This document shows positions 38,091 through 51,700 of a DNA stretch of 64,000 nucleotides, piece after piece. Numbering within the stretch: the stretch's first letter is position 1; each line of letters starts with the position of its first letter. Under the pieces are notes generated by a model that was not told where the DNA came from, did not search any database, and saw only the letters and a list, made by a program, of their open reading frames with translations. Origin of the DNA: Yuukianura sp. NJ FZ-2021. Taxonomy: Eukaryota. Position numbers and translations under genes: made by a program. The stretch spans positions 8,618,001-8,682,000 of the forward strand of contig CM102290.1 of the NCBI GenBank assembly GCA_046563655.1. The letters are read 5' to 3'.

Positions 38091-40889
38091 CTAAACCTAT
38101 TCAGAAACATAACAACAGAAGAAATTAATTATTTTATAAGTTACACTTTGGTTTTTGTATCTAGAAAGCTAGAGCTACCGAGTACGAAATTTTTCCTGTG
38201 ACCCAAAGTATTCTGTGTACACCAAGTGAAAGAGGAAAAGATGAAATAGGATTATCACAAGGGAAATTGAGATCCAGAACATCGTTGACATTGTTCCATA
38301 GCCACTGCCATGCTTATGCATCGAAAGGACGTGGTGTTCATGAGCAGGAGCTAAAAACATATTTCAAAATAAAATCAGTAAACTTATTTTGCAAAGTGCA
38401 CCTTCTTATTAATCGACATTTACCTTCTTGAACTTCCTTGACATGAATGGACAAACGGAGTTCTTCAATGTGACTATGGTCTGAAGTGATGTATAAAATG
38501 GAAGTGACAGGATCCGTAAGCTTAACCGGAAATTGCTTCTTCGCTGGACCCAACTGTACCGGTGCGTCCAAGCAACCGGCGTCGCAAGCGTAGTATTCCT
38601 TATCACTACGGTCCAGCGCCACAGAAAGCATGGCCTTATTATTTGACTCTACCGTAACGCTAATGTTGACGTGGGTACCATTTCCATACGCAATTCTCCT
38701 GAAAAAATACAAACATACAATTTTAGGTTTTGTTCAAACTTGAGCTTGAGAAATCGGAAAGTAGGTTTTAAGTTTTAAAAAAAATTCTTTCAAATCCCGC
38801 ATAACAGGTTTAGACTTCACTCCAAATGTTTTTACCGAAATAGATAATCTCGATGCAAGTCCTTCGGTTCTGTGTTGAACTCCAAATGGTAGTTGCTGAA
38901 TTTTAAACCGCCAAAACTCAAAACCATGCCTTGAATTACCCCACTCGCACCAGCTTTTAGAAGATTATGACAGCCCTGAGAAAAGTAAAAGTTTTTTTTT
39001 TACAACTCGAAACAAATCAGTTAGTAGTTGAGCTAATTTGTATTTAAAAATTCACCAATCGTTGCAATGTAAGTAGCCACAGGTTGGCCACTTCGACGAT
39101 TTCCCTTTCGGTTCGGAAAGTGGACCACAGATTCTTGGCTTGCCTGGAATCATTTTAATAAGTGGAGATGTGATTTTGAAATGAAATCGACTAAAACTTA
39201 CAGTGTGTGAAGTCCTCCATAACATCCTTCAGAATAAGTCAGTACTCCCCTTGCTTCTGCAATTGCAGCTTGAGGAACATTGGTCTCATGTAATGGAGCT
39301 CTAACTTGAGACAAAACGTAGTAAATTGTTGCGTTAATGGTATCGCCATTTAGAGCGTCGATTGCCTTGGACGGGCTAATATAAAAGCCAGTAGTCCAGA
39401 GATTTGCCCACGCTTCTTCGTGAGATGATTGAAAGTTGAACGTGCTCAAACCCAGAACACGCTTCAGATCCTGCCGTTATAAATTCCCAAATTTCAATTA
39501 ATTCAACAATAGCTGTTACAGCAAGCAATTACAGCAAATAGCACAGCAAGTTTGTGTTTGTCTTAAATTAAGATTACCATCTCGGACTTATTCAGAAGTG
39601 ACTCCTCAACGGTATCAAAATCTCGTTTCGATGCTACAAAGTTGTAGTTTATGGCTGTAACAAACCGAAAAGACAGCGAGGATTTGGCTTTAACCTAGGT
39701 CATAAGAAAATAGAATTAAAGAAGTTCACCGCTGTATGAAGTTACAGTTGAAATTGAGTAAGATTACCTCTATAGCGTTTGGAACTTTTCGAAAGGCGAC
39801 AGCAACGCCAACCAATCCTTTACTGGACTGAATTAAGCCGCTTCCCAAAACGAAATTCACGTCTTCACTCCCACTCTGAAATCTAACAAGTTGCAACGTT
39901 TTCAAAAAATTCAGCGAGATAAGAATTAAATGGATGTAATTTATAGTTTCGAATCCTATCGAAATGATCTTACTTCCTAAGTTCAGATTTGAAGGGAGGG
40001 TCTCCAGTCCAGCCGAGTTGCTCAAACTGTACAATGGCGTCCATCTGACTAGGATTGCTTACTGTGACGTCTTGTTCAAAAATATTTGGATAAGTCCGGT
40101 GGGCGTAGAATTTATTAATAACAACGACAGGATCAGTTTCATCCCGCTGAATGCATGATATTTGTTGGACACCTCCGCGAAAATATTGTGAAGCATAGGC
40201 CTCTCTTCTAGAATCCTCGTCTGTAATGGAAACCCGTACAACAGGACGAAACGGCAAAGGCAGCGATAAAACTCTTCCATTCTAGCAATAAAACAGATTA
40301 TGGGCATTGAATTTGTGAGTTGAAAATATGAATAACAGTTTAATTATTGTAATGATTTTGTTGCATATTTTTTAAAATAAGTACCTTAACTTTGATGTGA
40401 ATGGTGGACTCTTCTACTATAACGGCTCCAATGTACCCGTTGCCGACGTAAGGCAAAAACGATTGTTCGTCTGGAAGTTTGGGGACATGTTGAACAATCG
40501 TATCTAGTCGCTTAACTTCTTGTTTCAGTCGGGAAAGCTGACTGCGCAAGCATTCATCAATTGGATCTATAACAAACCATGGTTAGGTTGCGTTATCGTT
40601 GTATCACCATACAACTTACCTGCCAACGGGCGGTAACTCTCCGGAGCGAAGAATTTTGTGCCAAACACCCAAATAAGTATAAATAGTCCAAGAGCAACAA
40701 AAAATATTCTTCGGTATCTGAAATTTTGAAGTCAATTTTCAATTATACCGCTGACCAATGAGTAAAATTAGAATCGGGCTTAATACAACAAATTGACCGC
40801 ATAAGTAAATAAATTCCAGGCAACGTAAACGGCGAAGACTTGATATCAACGTCTTCCAGAATTTCAGAAACGGGGGCAGGTTCTTCCAT
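38066..40889 (-). CDS. KIAA2013: KIAA2013-family (DUF2152) membrane protein; last small exon tentative
   Basis: N-terminal TM (RRIFFVALGLFILIWVFG), LPYVGNGYIG, HEEAWANLWTTGFYIS, NATIYYVLS, CYGGLHTLQA, YACDAGCLD, FPVKLTDPVTSILYIT, and C-terminal TM FWISISLVIILFHLFLF. Confidence 0.85.
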
Positions 40890-43618
40890 GGCCCCTGGTT
40901 AAGGCCTTTGAGGGATCAGGCAAAGATTACAAAGAAGTAACTAACTTAGAAGACGTTAAGCCAAATTCGTTGAATATATCTGAGCTCAATGACACGCGCA
41001 AACACAAACTCAATACATCGTAATATTTAAAGAAAACTAATTCCGTTGTCTTGCCGTAATCTCGTCGCCGCGGTAACATAAAATTCAAATGGCATTCATA
41101 TTGAGCTTTTACCGCCCTACCCTCCAAACTACCCGGTATTATCTATTGCGACAGTTTGCCTAAAGAAACTTACGTGTAAGTAACGAGTTCAAAATATCGC
41201 TTCAATCGTCTAAAAATTTCATTGAAATCCATAATAATCAGCGGTATTAATTATACCATCAGCTGTAGTGACGAAGATGGTGAGTCGGCGACAGCAAGTG
41301 ACACACCTAATGACATCCGAAAAAGCTGTTGTCAATCATTTATAAATTGAATTGAACCAAAAGAATTGCTTGCAATTGAGGAATAATGCTAAAATTTAAA
41401 AGTTATCAATGGTTGAAGTATAAGTACTGAAGTAATAGTTACCTAGTAACACGGGCATGTGAATTCGATCCGCTTGTCCAATTTGCTGGATAACTTCGTT
41501 TACTAACTAAATCTACAGTTACATGTGTTAAGTGAAAAGAAAGGTGGAGTAATAATTAATTCCAATTCCAGTTTCCAATCCAGCATAGCTCGGCACTTTT
41601 TCTCCGCTCCCGTTCCTGCATTCCTAGATGTATTGAGCGTACCCTCCGCTCCCGCTCTTCCGATTTGCGTTATTTTCCAACTACCCTTCGCTCCTGCTAC
41701 ACCGATACCCGTTCTTTTCCATCAACTCGCCGTCGTTTTCAGCCATTTCCAATCGTTTTCCGCAAAAAAAAACATTTTTGGCAGGAAAACTCTAGAAATG
41801 AAGGGTTAGGTATAACCTAAATAAAACCTAAACCTAACCTTTACAATTTTTACAACCTATCGTTAACTACAATGAAACGTGGAACATTCCTCGGAACTTT
41901 TGCTCCGCGCCCAAATATCGGATTCCTATCCTTTTCCCTAACCCTCCGCTCCCAGTGTTCGTATGAGAGGAGATCCGGATATTCACAGCCGGATTACAAA
42001 TTGCCGAACTTTACAATCCAGTTCACAGTTTCTCATCAAAAGTACCACATAAACTGAATTTGAAAAAAAAAACACTCCAATGGCAATTTCAGTCCACGGT
42101 GAAAAATAATATGAAAAAGCACAAGATTCAAATCCAGACAAGTTAACTACAGAATTTTTTAATGTTTACAACCAGTGGAAAGAATGCTTTGTATTAAGTT
42201 ATTATGTTATAATATGCGAAGCAACTTTTAATTAAAAAAAACTTTCAATTTTCAAGTTTTTAAATTTTGTTATTTCACATTATCATTTGTTTTCAAGGAA
42301 GCCAATAATGGCATTGACTGTCAATTTGCAAATATGGAAGAAAACAAATAAACAACTTATGAATTTGCGGTTATGAACGCCTTTCTTTGTATTCACCAAT
42401 GAACAGGAGTTCGTTCCAGAAATCTATCCAACTAACTAAAAATTATAACAAATGAAATTAATGAATGTTAATTAGTTATTAGATGCCTTATGTACTTTGA
42501 GAATTCCGCCTCCAAAAACTTATGCAACTACTATGTTATACGATTATTGTTTTTTCTTCTGTTTTTTTTTAGTTTCAGAAATATTTTTTCGTTGTTCGCC
42601 TTCTGTACTAGCAGTTTTTACAATGCTGGCACAGTTTCGAATAATGTCTCTGGTCATGCAAAACATGTGTAGTACTGAAATGCTGTTAGTCTTTAGACAA
42701 AAATGACTCATTGGCAGTCTTTTGCTGACTCCGAAAGTTTGGCACAATTCAATATGAACCACCGTATTAATAGTATTTAGTTGGCAGGTTTTAGAAAAGC
42801 GCGTCTTTTTACAGCCGTGTCAGCGATAGTCTAGATGGATTTGAAAAAAAAAATTAAAAAGTCACGTCCCATTGTTAACAGAAACTTGTTTATCACTTCG
42901 TCCCGAAATTTCGTGTTGGATTTGGATCCTTATGTCCATCAAATATGTCACGTCAGCGTCAAGGTTGAGCCGAGTGATTTGTGACATTTGTGACTTGTGA
43001 GATGGGAAGACTCGCCGAGTCGTCAAGTTGAAGTGACAAATTGCCAGTTAGCAAAGTTTGTTTAACTGAAAAGGACTATGAAAGTGAAATTAATTGAATT
43101 GAATGAGTTTGTTTTGGTTGGAGAGTAGTAGTGCCGAGTTTGCACAAAGTTTTAGTAACAAAAAATATTGGCATTTTCCCCTATTGTCTTTTTGGCACTG
43201 GGCAGTCTTTGTCGTTTGGGCAGTATATAGCACACTAATTGTTTCCTACCAAGGACAGATGAATTAACAGTGGTGGAGATAGGCCCCTCGTTACGTCGGG
43301 GACGTAATTCCATTGAGCAGTGATAATTGCTATACGTAATACTACGAGTACCAAACACTTCGTATTCCAACAATTTCCTTTAGTATTGTCGTCACGTCAT
43401 CTCGTAAACCAACAGCTCAGAAGCATCTTTGAAGGCGATAGGTCCAACAACGTCACTCTGACAGAATTTCCAAGAATTCACAGACTTTTTATAGACTTTC
43501 TGTTGGTACTACTTCAATTCGTCCCAGCGAGAGCCGCCATAGTCGTCATTAAGCATTTCGAGTCTTCGGACTTCATATTTCCCAAAAGTTCCAGAATTTT
43601 TGGACGCCGTTGTCAAAA

Positions 43619-44497
43619 ATGCGAAATATCGCTGCCATTTTGATTTGGACTGCAACTGTTCTTCTGGTGTTTAGTGGAACGTCTTCGGGTTCTGAAGATG
43701 ACGAAGGATTTCTGGAGGGCTCTAAATGCCACGATGCTCAGGACTGCTACATCAATGGTGGATCTGACCTTGCCCTTGCTTGCTACTACAACGTCAACAA
43801 ATGTAAGTGCTACTCCACAATCAGCTCCATCTATCATTTGTCCTGGGACAAAGAAACCAAGCAGTGCCTGAGCTCCAAGTATGGACACTGCGGAGGTAAT
43901 GGCCCACTTTCTGTTGGATGTGCCGATGGATTCGCTTGTATTGAAAATCGCTGTCGTGACCCGAACGATAAGATGAAGACAGTCAAGGACGTGTACAAGT
44001 TTCCAGTACCGGATTGTAGCGCCTGTCAGTTTAGTAGTGACTTGAACTTGGCATGCGACTCCTACAGTAGTCCAACGGCATCCTGTCTCTGCAAGGAGAT
44101 TTACATTGCTGATGGTCGGTCGAACGCATGGGACATCCGGAACTACGAAGGAACCAACAACTGCTCGGTGTCACAGTTTGGTCCATGTGGAAACCGGAAT
44201 GGTGTGACGATTGGATGTCACGGTAGTGAGATGACCTGCGTCGATGGAATCTGTACTAACCCGGCACGCCCTCTGTCGTCGCTTGGTGAAGTCTGTCAAG
44301 AGGACAAGAACTGTGTCCAAGGCCTTATTTGTTCCCATGGTTACAGTTGCATCAAACCCAAGAGTTCTGGAGAAGGCGTTTCATGCTATTCGGAAGCCGA
44401 ATGTCTTCCCGGGCTCATGTGTCGCCAGAACCAATTTCCTTGGGGGTATCGAAAGTGTACGAGCGGAACCGACCACTCGACGCCTCGCTCCAACTAA
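43619..44497 (+). CDS. Intronless secreted cysteine-rich protein with internal duplication
   Basis: 292-aa ORF from ATG 43619 with signal peptide MRNIAAILIWTATVLLVFSGTSS, two related Cys modules and two short GExC..C.xGLxC modules at the C-terminus. Confidence 0.85.
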   Translation: MRNIAAILIWTATVLLVFSGTSSGSEDDEGFLEGSKCHDAQDCYINGGSDLALACYYNVNKCKCYSTISSIYHLSWDKETKQCLSSKYGHCGGNGPLSVGCADGFACIENRCRDPNDKMKTVKDVYKFPVPDCSACQFSSDLNLACDSYSSPTASCLCKEIYIADGRSNAWDIRNYEGTNNCSVSQFGPCGNRNGVTIGCHGSEMTCVDGICTNPARPLSSLGEVCQEDKNCVQGLICSHGYSCIKPKSSGEGVSCYSEAECLPGLMCRQNQFPWGYRKCTSGTDHSTPRSN

Positions 44498-45796
44498 ACA
44501 TATGAAATGAAAAATATGTAAATCATGATAACCCGATAGTTAGTACTTAATAACTGAATAGTTAATTAACTTGGCCTTTTCCAGTAATTACAGCAGCAAG
44601 GTGTATAAAATGTATAAAAGTACCAAGTAGATGTAAAAATGAGTTTGCTAGAATGTAATAGCGTTGGAGTTTCATTGGTGTGCTGATAAATATTGTCATT
44701 CGATATATTTTATTGCGCCCAATTAAGTCACACTGGTACCTTTCCTGTTATATAAATCACCAATAATTGTTGGGTTGTAAATTTAGAGTACCATAGAGTA
44801 ACAGTCTCAATTGTAAAAATCCAATCATTAAGTTTCCTTTGATGTTTTTTTCTGGAAATGTCAATTGTAAATTGTTAAGGGATATTTTTTCTGGGAATTG
44901 AATAGGCTCAAGAGTGATTATTGACTAGTTAAACAATAAAATATCACTTTCTCTACAAGTCCACGCTCTACGTAATGAGTGTTAAGTAGTTAAGATACTA
45001 ACGTAATGGGTAATTAAGTTCTAGTTAACACAGTAAATTCATTTTTAAGTAAAGTTACAAACTGACCGGGATATACTGGAATAAAATATGAAAAACGAAT
45101 GAAGTAGAGGAAATTGAGTAACAAATTTTGATAGTATTTTGGAATGTTTCTTAACAGTAAAAACGGTGATGCAAAGAGCATCCGTGTCACCGTACTATTA
45201 ATCTCCTCGAATCACAATAATAAAAATAATAATCAGATCGATTCACAGGGAATTATTGCTTAAAACGAGTGCCGGCGTTCTCGTTGTGTCCAAAATTTAA
45301 GTAGTGCCCAATTTGAATGGGACAGGAGTACAAAAGTAAGCTGACAATCAGTCAAAAGGTATAACTTAAAAACGACTTCAAATGCTTTTTGGTCTCCTTT
45401 GTACATTGATAATAAAGCGTCGCTCATTTGTCAAGTAAAACATCAAGTTGTCACTCTCATAAACTCCTAAACATCGGATTCGGTCTAAAGCTTTTCTTAA
45501 AAAAACGGTTTAAGTAATGAGGGACTAGGAAACTTATTACAATTAGAATTTCAAATCATCAATGCATCTGCGCGTGATGCGAGCGCAACGAAAATATAAT
45601 TCTTCTAAACTACATCTAAACCCAATCCGAGGGAAGTTCGTAGGCTCTGTTACTGTACGAAAGCACGCTGAATCTCTAGCACTATTAATTACGGGATATG
45701 AACTTCCTAAATGCTCCATAAAACCAGTTCCAGCTAAACGCTTCGTCTAATTGTTTCGTCTGTTGCCGAATAATTTGTTCTAATATGAGCGTACTG

Positions 45797-48700
45797 CTAG
45801 AAACTGTAACAAAGTTGATGATCTCGAATATCTCCCCAGCCACCGTTTCCTTTCTTGAGCTGTAACTTCTTTCCGTTAAGAATTTCTGCAGAAACAGTTT
45901 CAGGAAAGAGCAATGATTCGTGTTGCTTAACAGCGACGTCAATTGCAGAGGCAGCAGTTGCTGGATCACAGGTCTTCTTCTTATGGTGTACTCCACTGCA
46001 AAAGAAACGAAAGTATATAAAATACCTACAGCCTAACATCATCTATAAATCAAGTCCACCTTGCTCAAGGAGACAATTCAATTTTTCACGTCATTACCAG
46101 TCGCCGATGTGGAAAATCCTGGCAGCTTTGGCATAGAGCACGGTGAGTGGACTTTTAAGGCAGTTGTAGGACATTTCCAGTAAGCTCCAGTCCCAGTTGT
46201 AGTCGTCATACTCACAGAACGTTTTGGTACAACCCTTAAGGTTTGTCCACATCGTTCGGTTGAAGGCCATTCCCATGTTGTGCTTACTCGAAACCCAAGT
46301 CGTAATAATGGCCTATGGGAAAATCAATACGAACCTCTCATTAAATCCCATTATAAACCTCATCCTCAACATGAATTCCTGCCAGTTTTAATAATAACAT
46401 TGTTTTGCAAAAACAAAACAGTTTAGCATCCCAGCCCCCTAATAACCGTCAACTATAAATTATCCACGAGTTTTTCTCATTTCTAATTTTACCTCAAAAA
46501 CAAACATTTCCAAAAAAAAAAATCAAGTTTGGTTTTAAAAATACATTAATCAAACTCAAGTAGAATGAATACCATGTGTATTGTTGTAGGCGGCTGAAAT
46601 GTAGCTAGAAAAATAGCTCAAGTTCTGCCAAAAATAGGCGGTAAAATGGAGTGAACGCACGTAGCAATAAACACGGCTCCGGTAGCAATTGTGACTCTCA
46701 CACTGGCCAACCATTGTGAGCCATAATGCACTACGATTATGTATGGTTGCAGAAAAAAAAAATGACCTTCGACCCTGAAGCAGGTCACCCAAACTCACAC
46801 ATTGTACACAAAAGGTGTTTCTATCGATGAGTTCGAGATCAACAACTTTTATTGTGGTCAATTTCCATGCTACCGGACGGAGATGAACCCAGTTGAGGTT
46901 GACCTTTGACCCGAAAAAAGTTGCCACACCGGGATGCTTCCAATATAACGAACATGACTTCAATCATCCGCGGAAAATATTGAACGCGAACCGTTTGCTA
47001 GGTAGCTGTCGCCATTGGACGGTCACACAGACAGACAAGATCTATTCATAAAGTAGCTTTCACTAGTTAAGAAGGGCAAGATACAGAGCAAAAGAGATCA
47101 CATAACACATTCTGTGCTGCATTATCCCCAGAAATTGTATGATACCCCCACTCTTTGTAGTGCTCTCTCGTTCAGTCTGTCAAATTATACGTTAACCATA
47201 AAATGGGAAACTAAAACCACAAGTTGAATTGAATGAAAACTTCAATTTGTTACAGGTTCTTCTCCTTACAATCATGTAAACTACTCTAACCAATCACCTC
47301 AGGATGAATACATTGGAAATGAATTGAGGATCTCCATCATCATTTTCACATCCCCTGAACCGGAAATGAGAGATATTGATGCTGAGGGCCTTTGCGAAAT
47401 GAGGAATCAGGAATGAGGATTGAAGGATCCCAAGGAAAAAGTCCCATGTCAGGGCAGACTTTTAATATGTTGTTACATACACTATCGTGAGCAGAACGAA
47501 TGTTCCACGTTTTCAGGTATGTTCCCAATGACAAGAGATTGCATCCCCTGCAGAGGTTCCGGGTCATCAGAGTCTCCATCAGATTGAGAACCCATAAGGA
47601 GTCTGGTACGAGGTAGTGGTCTTCTTCGAGGAATGTTACAACACCTATAAGACCAACAAATCACAAACAATCAGTAGAGATTCTTTTACATCATCAGTCA
47701 TGCCCTACTATTATAATCAAAATTGCAAATTCAAGTCATGAAGTAATAATATACCCGAGTAATTTTGTAAGGCTTGGATGCTATTGAAGACAAAATTGGC
47801 TTTCCACCACCAGTGATGTTTGGTCTGCGTGTAGCGTGCTTCCCGGTAATGTCCATATCCATCCGGATGCTCCCAATTCCGGCACTTGATTTGCTGAGCC
47901 CTTCAAACAACCAAATCATGCATGTTATACAAAATAAAATGTATAGTCATTTATCGATTGCTCATCTTCTGATTGTTAAAGTGACTCCTTCGTTAGCATA
48001 CTATACATAAAATTCATCTATATTGAGTTCGAAATTCATAAGGGAACTAATTGCTTTCTCCTTCACAATAGTACCTATCCCCAGGGAAAAACTTATTGCC
48101 AAATAGCATTTCAATGTACATGCACACGATAAGTTCCAAAAATCCATTAGCGTGTTGCGGAAAATTTGAAACAGACATCAGCCATTTGGTAAAACCTTGA
48201 GTATCGTATTCTGATTTTGTTCAACAAAATTTCCTACAAGCTGTTACGCTCCTAATAAATTTTTACCCTGCGTTCGCTCAAAACTTTAAATTAGTAATTG
48301 AAGTTACTGAAAATTTTTTCTCTACACTGAAAACCAAAACATTCTATTTCGTGTTTGGGCTCAGCGTTTTTATACCAAAATTGCAAATAAAAACTAATCG
48401 AAAAATAAAAAAAGATCCAGTAAATTTTCTCCGTAATAGGAAAATGGAAAGCTAATGGATTTGTGTGGTTTCTGTCCATTTATGTTCCAATAGTCTAATC
48501 CCATGTCCTGACATTTCCATGTACTTCCCATCCCCCTCCAGGACTCCCAATGTTATGACTTTCCGTTTGTATATCCTTGTAAAACTGAACTTTATCATAG
48601 GGGATTGTCATAACAGCAGCATCTAAAGATTTTACAGGTATCCAGGGACTACAAAACCTGTTAAAGTCCTTACTTGGCGGGAGAAATGTCACGAGCACAG

Positions 48701-51700
48701 TCGTCTGGACTTTCACCAGGAAATTGGTGCGGATTGAGTTGTATTGAACTTGGGTAGAAGATTTGCATTACTCGAGTAAAATCAATCTTCTGTATGGCCT
48801 CATTCAATTCCGGTACAAAGACGTCGTGGGAGAAGATGACCAGGGCAGACTCAATGAGTTGAACATGAGATAGGCTCTCAATAAGAAGCGTCAGGTACTC
48901 GACTCGAGTATGGACTTGAATTACTAGCACGAACGAATCTTCTGTAACTGCACCAAACTTCTCTTCGTTAAAAATTCTCTGAAATTAAATCAAAACACAA
49001 AAAAAAATGTTAAAAAAAACTGAGTTGTGCCAAGAAGTTAATTACAAAGGCTAAAAGTGCAAAGACTGTTCTTGTTTTCTTTTAACTTTTCAGAACAAGT
49101 TCTCTGAATTCTGTATGCCTTGCTGGAATGAAAGCCTCATTAATTTCTAAATATGGGAAAACTTTTCTTTTCCTTTCTTCACGCGCTCCAGATTTTCACA
49201 TCATGATAAAGTTTTATAATCAAGAACCAGCAGAGCGTTTCTACAATCCGCCTTGAATAATTTTCTCGAAACGAACTTTAAAAGTCTTTCATTCGTGTTG
49301 TGTTCTGAAACTTCCTGTACGTTTCCCTACGTAAGTTTGCCGAGGCATTTGGAATCTCCGATATCTTATATTTCGGTTTACTTTAAAAACAAAAATTTTA
49401 CCAGTGTTACATAACAAAAAGTGCCCACCAAATGCAATGTTAAAACATTCACACAAATGGACAAAGTTATGCAAAAACCTCTGAGGCCTCATAAAATTCA
49501 CAAACTAATATGATTTATTTGTATAACTTTTTCTTTAGTGTTGCGACACCAGCGATATTGGGTCGTATAGCTCGTTGTAAATCCATAAAAATTCCCAGAT
49601 TAATTAAGATTACGAGTGTTTACAATTGAAACAAATGGCAACTTACAAAAACATTTCAAAATCAAAAAGAAAGCAAAACGATAAAAAAAACGAGAAGTTG
49701 GAAGGAACAATCAGGAAGTTTGAATTAAATTACTCAAAACCGCTTTTGGCCAGGAAGTAAAGTAAAAGATGAGAAAAAACATTACGTTATAAGCCTTTTA
49801 CAAACAGCAGAAGAGATAATCGAAATTGCAACTGCCAAAAGGATTACGTTGTACGCAAGACAGGGAATGAATTAAGATGGAACCGCTTAAGTCCAAATAC
49901 CGTTACGAATATAAAAGAGAAGCTACAACTCTGAATTAGTCATTAAATTGTTTTAACGCTAGGACTGTCGGAAGTAGTTTAGCAGGCGGGAATCTACCAA
50001 AATGTCATGCCCATCCCACATTTGTCAATTTCAGAACAGATTTGAAATTAAACCTGCCGGAAATAAACCAAGAGTAATTGAAGAGGAAGCGGTTCCTGGA
50101 AGCCAAACGTCACCAAGCGTGATGTAACCTTGTTATATGTAGTAATAATTTCCAATTTGTATGCGTTACATATAACTTCAGCACCAGACTATGGAGGTGG
50201 ACGTGAAACCAGACGATTATGCCCAAGGGCATACTGACGCACGCGTTTTCACCTTGACAAAGTCATCTTTGGTGTTAATTGGACTCTCATAGAGTTGGTT
50301 CCTACTTTCTCCTTATTCCCTGCCTTGCAAAATTTTTGCAGTAACTACCATTTTTACGTATTTGCGGTTCTAAGTAGAGATGTTGGTGTTGATGTGCCTA
50401 TGGAAAACAGAAACTCGCTTGAAAAAAAAAGTCAAAAAAAAAGAAGAAAATCCAAGGTCATTTTTGCTAAAAACTTGACCAGCACTTTGTTGATTTAGGT
50501 ATACCTTATGCAATATACTGAGAATTAATCAAGGATTCTAATCGTCTTTTTCCGAATTACAATTCCAAGAGCTGTTTGAGCAAAGATTAATGTTAAAAAA
50601 CAGATTACCTAACATGTTAAGTGGACGAAACTAAAACAACATATGCCGAGACCTAATATTCCAACTTCCATATTCTCTTGCGTGTAAACGCCGCATAACC
50701 TAAACAATTCAACCAAGAACCGCGCTTTGGCCATCTCCGTGCATTTTAACGAGGTTGGCTACATCAGCGTTCGTGACCTACATAAAATATTACATAAAAG
50801 CCTGTGTGTCACCTGCTCCATATTGATTTCGGCTACTTGGGCTGAAACAAGCGCAATTTCTTCTGGTGACAGAATGTTTGGTTCTGGGACGTTAATGAAT
50901 CCTGGAATTCCGCGCAGACTCCCCGCCGTCCCCCCATTCCCACTTCCACTTGGACCCTTAAAACTTTTGTCGTCAATGAGTGGACTTCTGTCAGGAACCC
51001 TGCACAAAAAATAATACAAAAGAAAATGTCAAAACGTCCAATTCAATTCTGTTTCCCAGGAACCAAAGCCACAAAACGTTATCCGTCATTCCGCTTAATC
51101 CCAGGGTTAATAACCTTTGACGTAAAACTTCAGTTCCTTCATGTTATGGAATTTTGCCACATGCAATAATTTTTTCATGAAGGAAACTTTCAAAATTGCG
51201 CAACTATATCATCAAGGTTTATCATCAAAGTCCGAGAACAAGTCAACCGGTTTTTGCAGCATCTTTCTGAGGAAAAGGGAGTATCCCTGTACACTTTAAA
51301 ACTTTTCAACTTGAACAAAAACTACTTTTGCCAGACACAGACCTACTGAGATTTCATACCAAGGTTTTGCGTATGTACTAGGGGTCGTATTATCGATAAC
51401 ATTTTCTTATTATCGATAACCGATAATTATCGATAATCTGGGTTCCCCATTATCGATAATTCGATAACGATAATTTAACACGTAGAGGGTATGGGCCATA
51501 CAATGCAAGTGAAAAAATCCTCGTAATTTTCGAGAAAAACTTGATCTTCAGTTGAACTTCAATTTTATTGATCTAGAGCAATTTGATCTTCTTAAAAATA
51601 CGCTGCAATAATTTTGATAGATTTTTGGAAATCTTTGAATTACATATAGGGGTCGCAAATCCGTGAGGGTCCAAAAAAAATCCGGATTTGGTAATTTTTC

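Noticed and set aside
46556..48716. Nested genes in MGAT2 introns (ORFs 46556-46963 and 48495-48716)
   Set aside because: No motifs, doubtful starts and no supporting exon structure.
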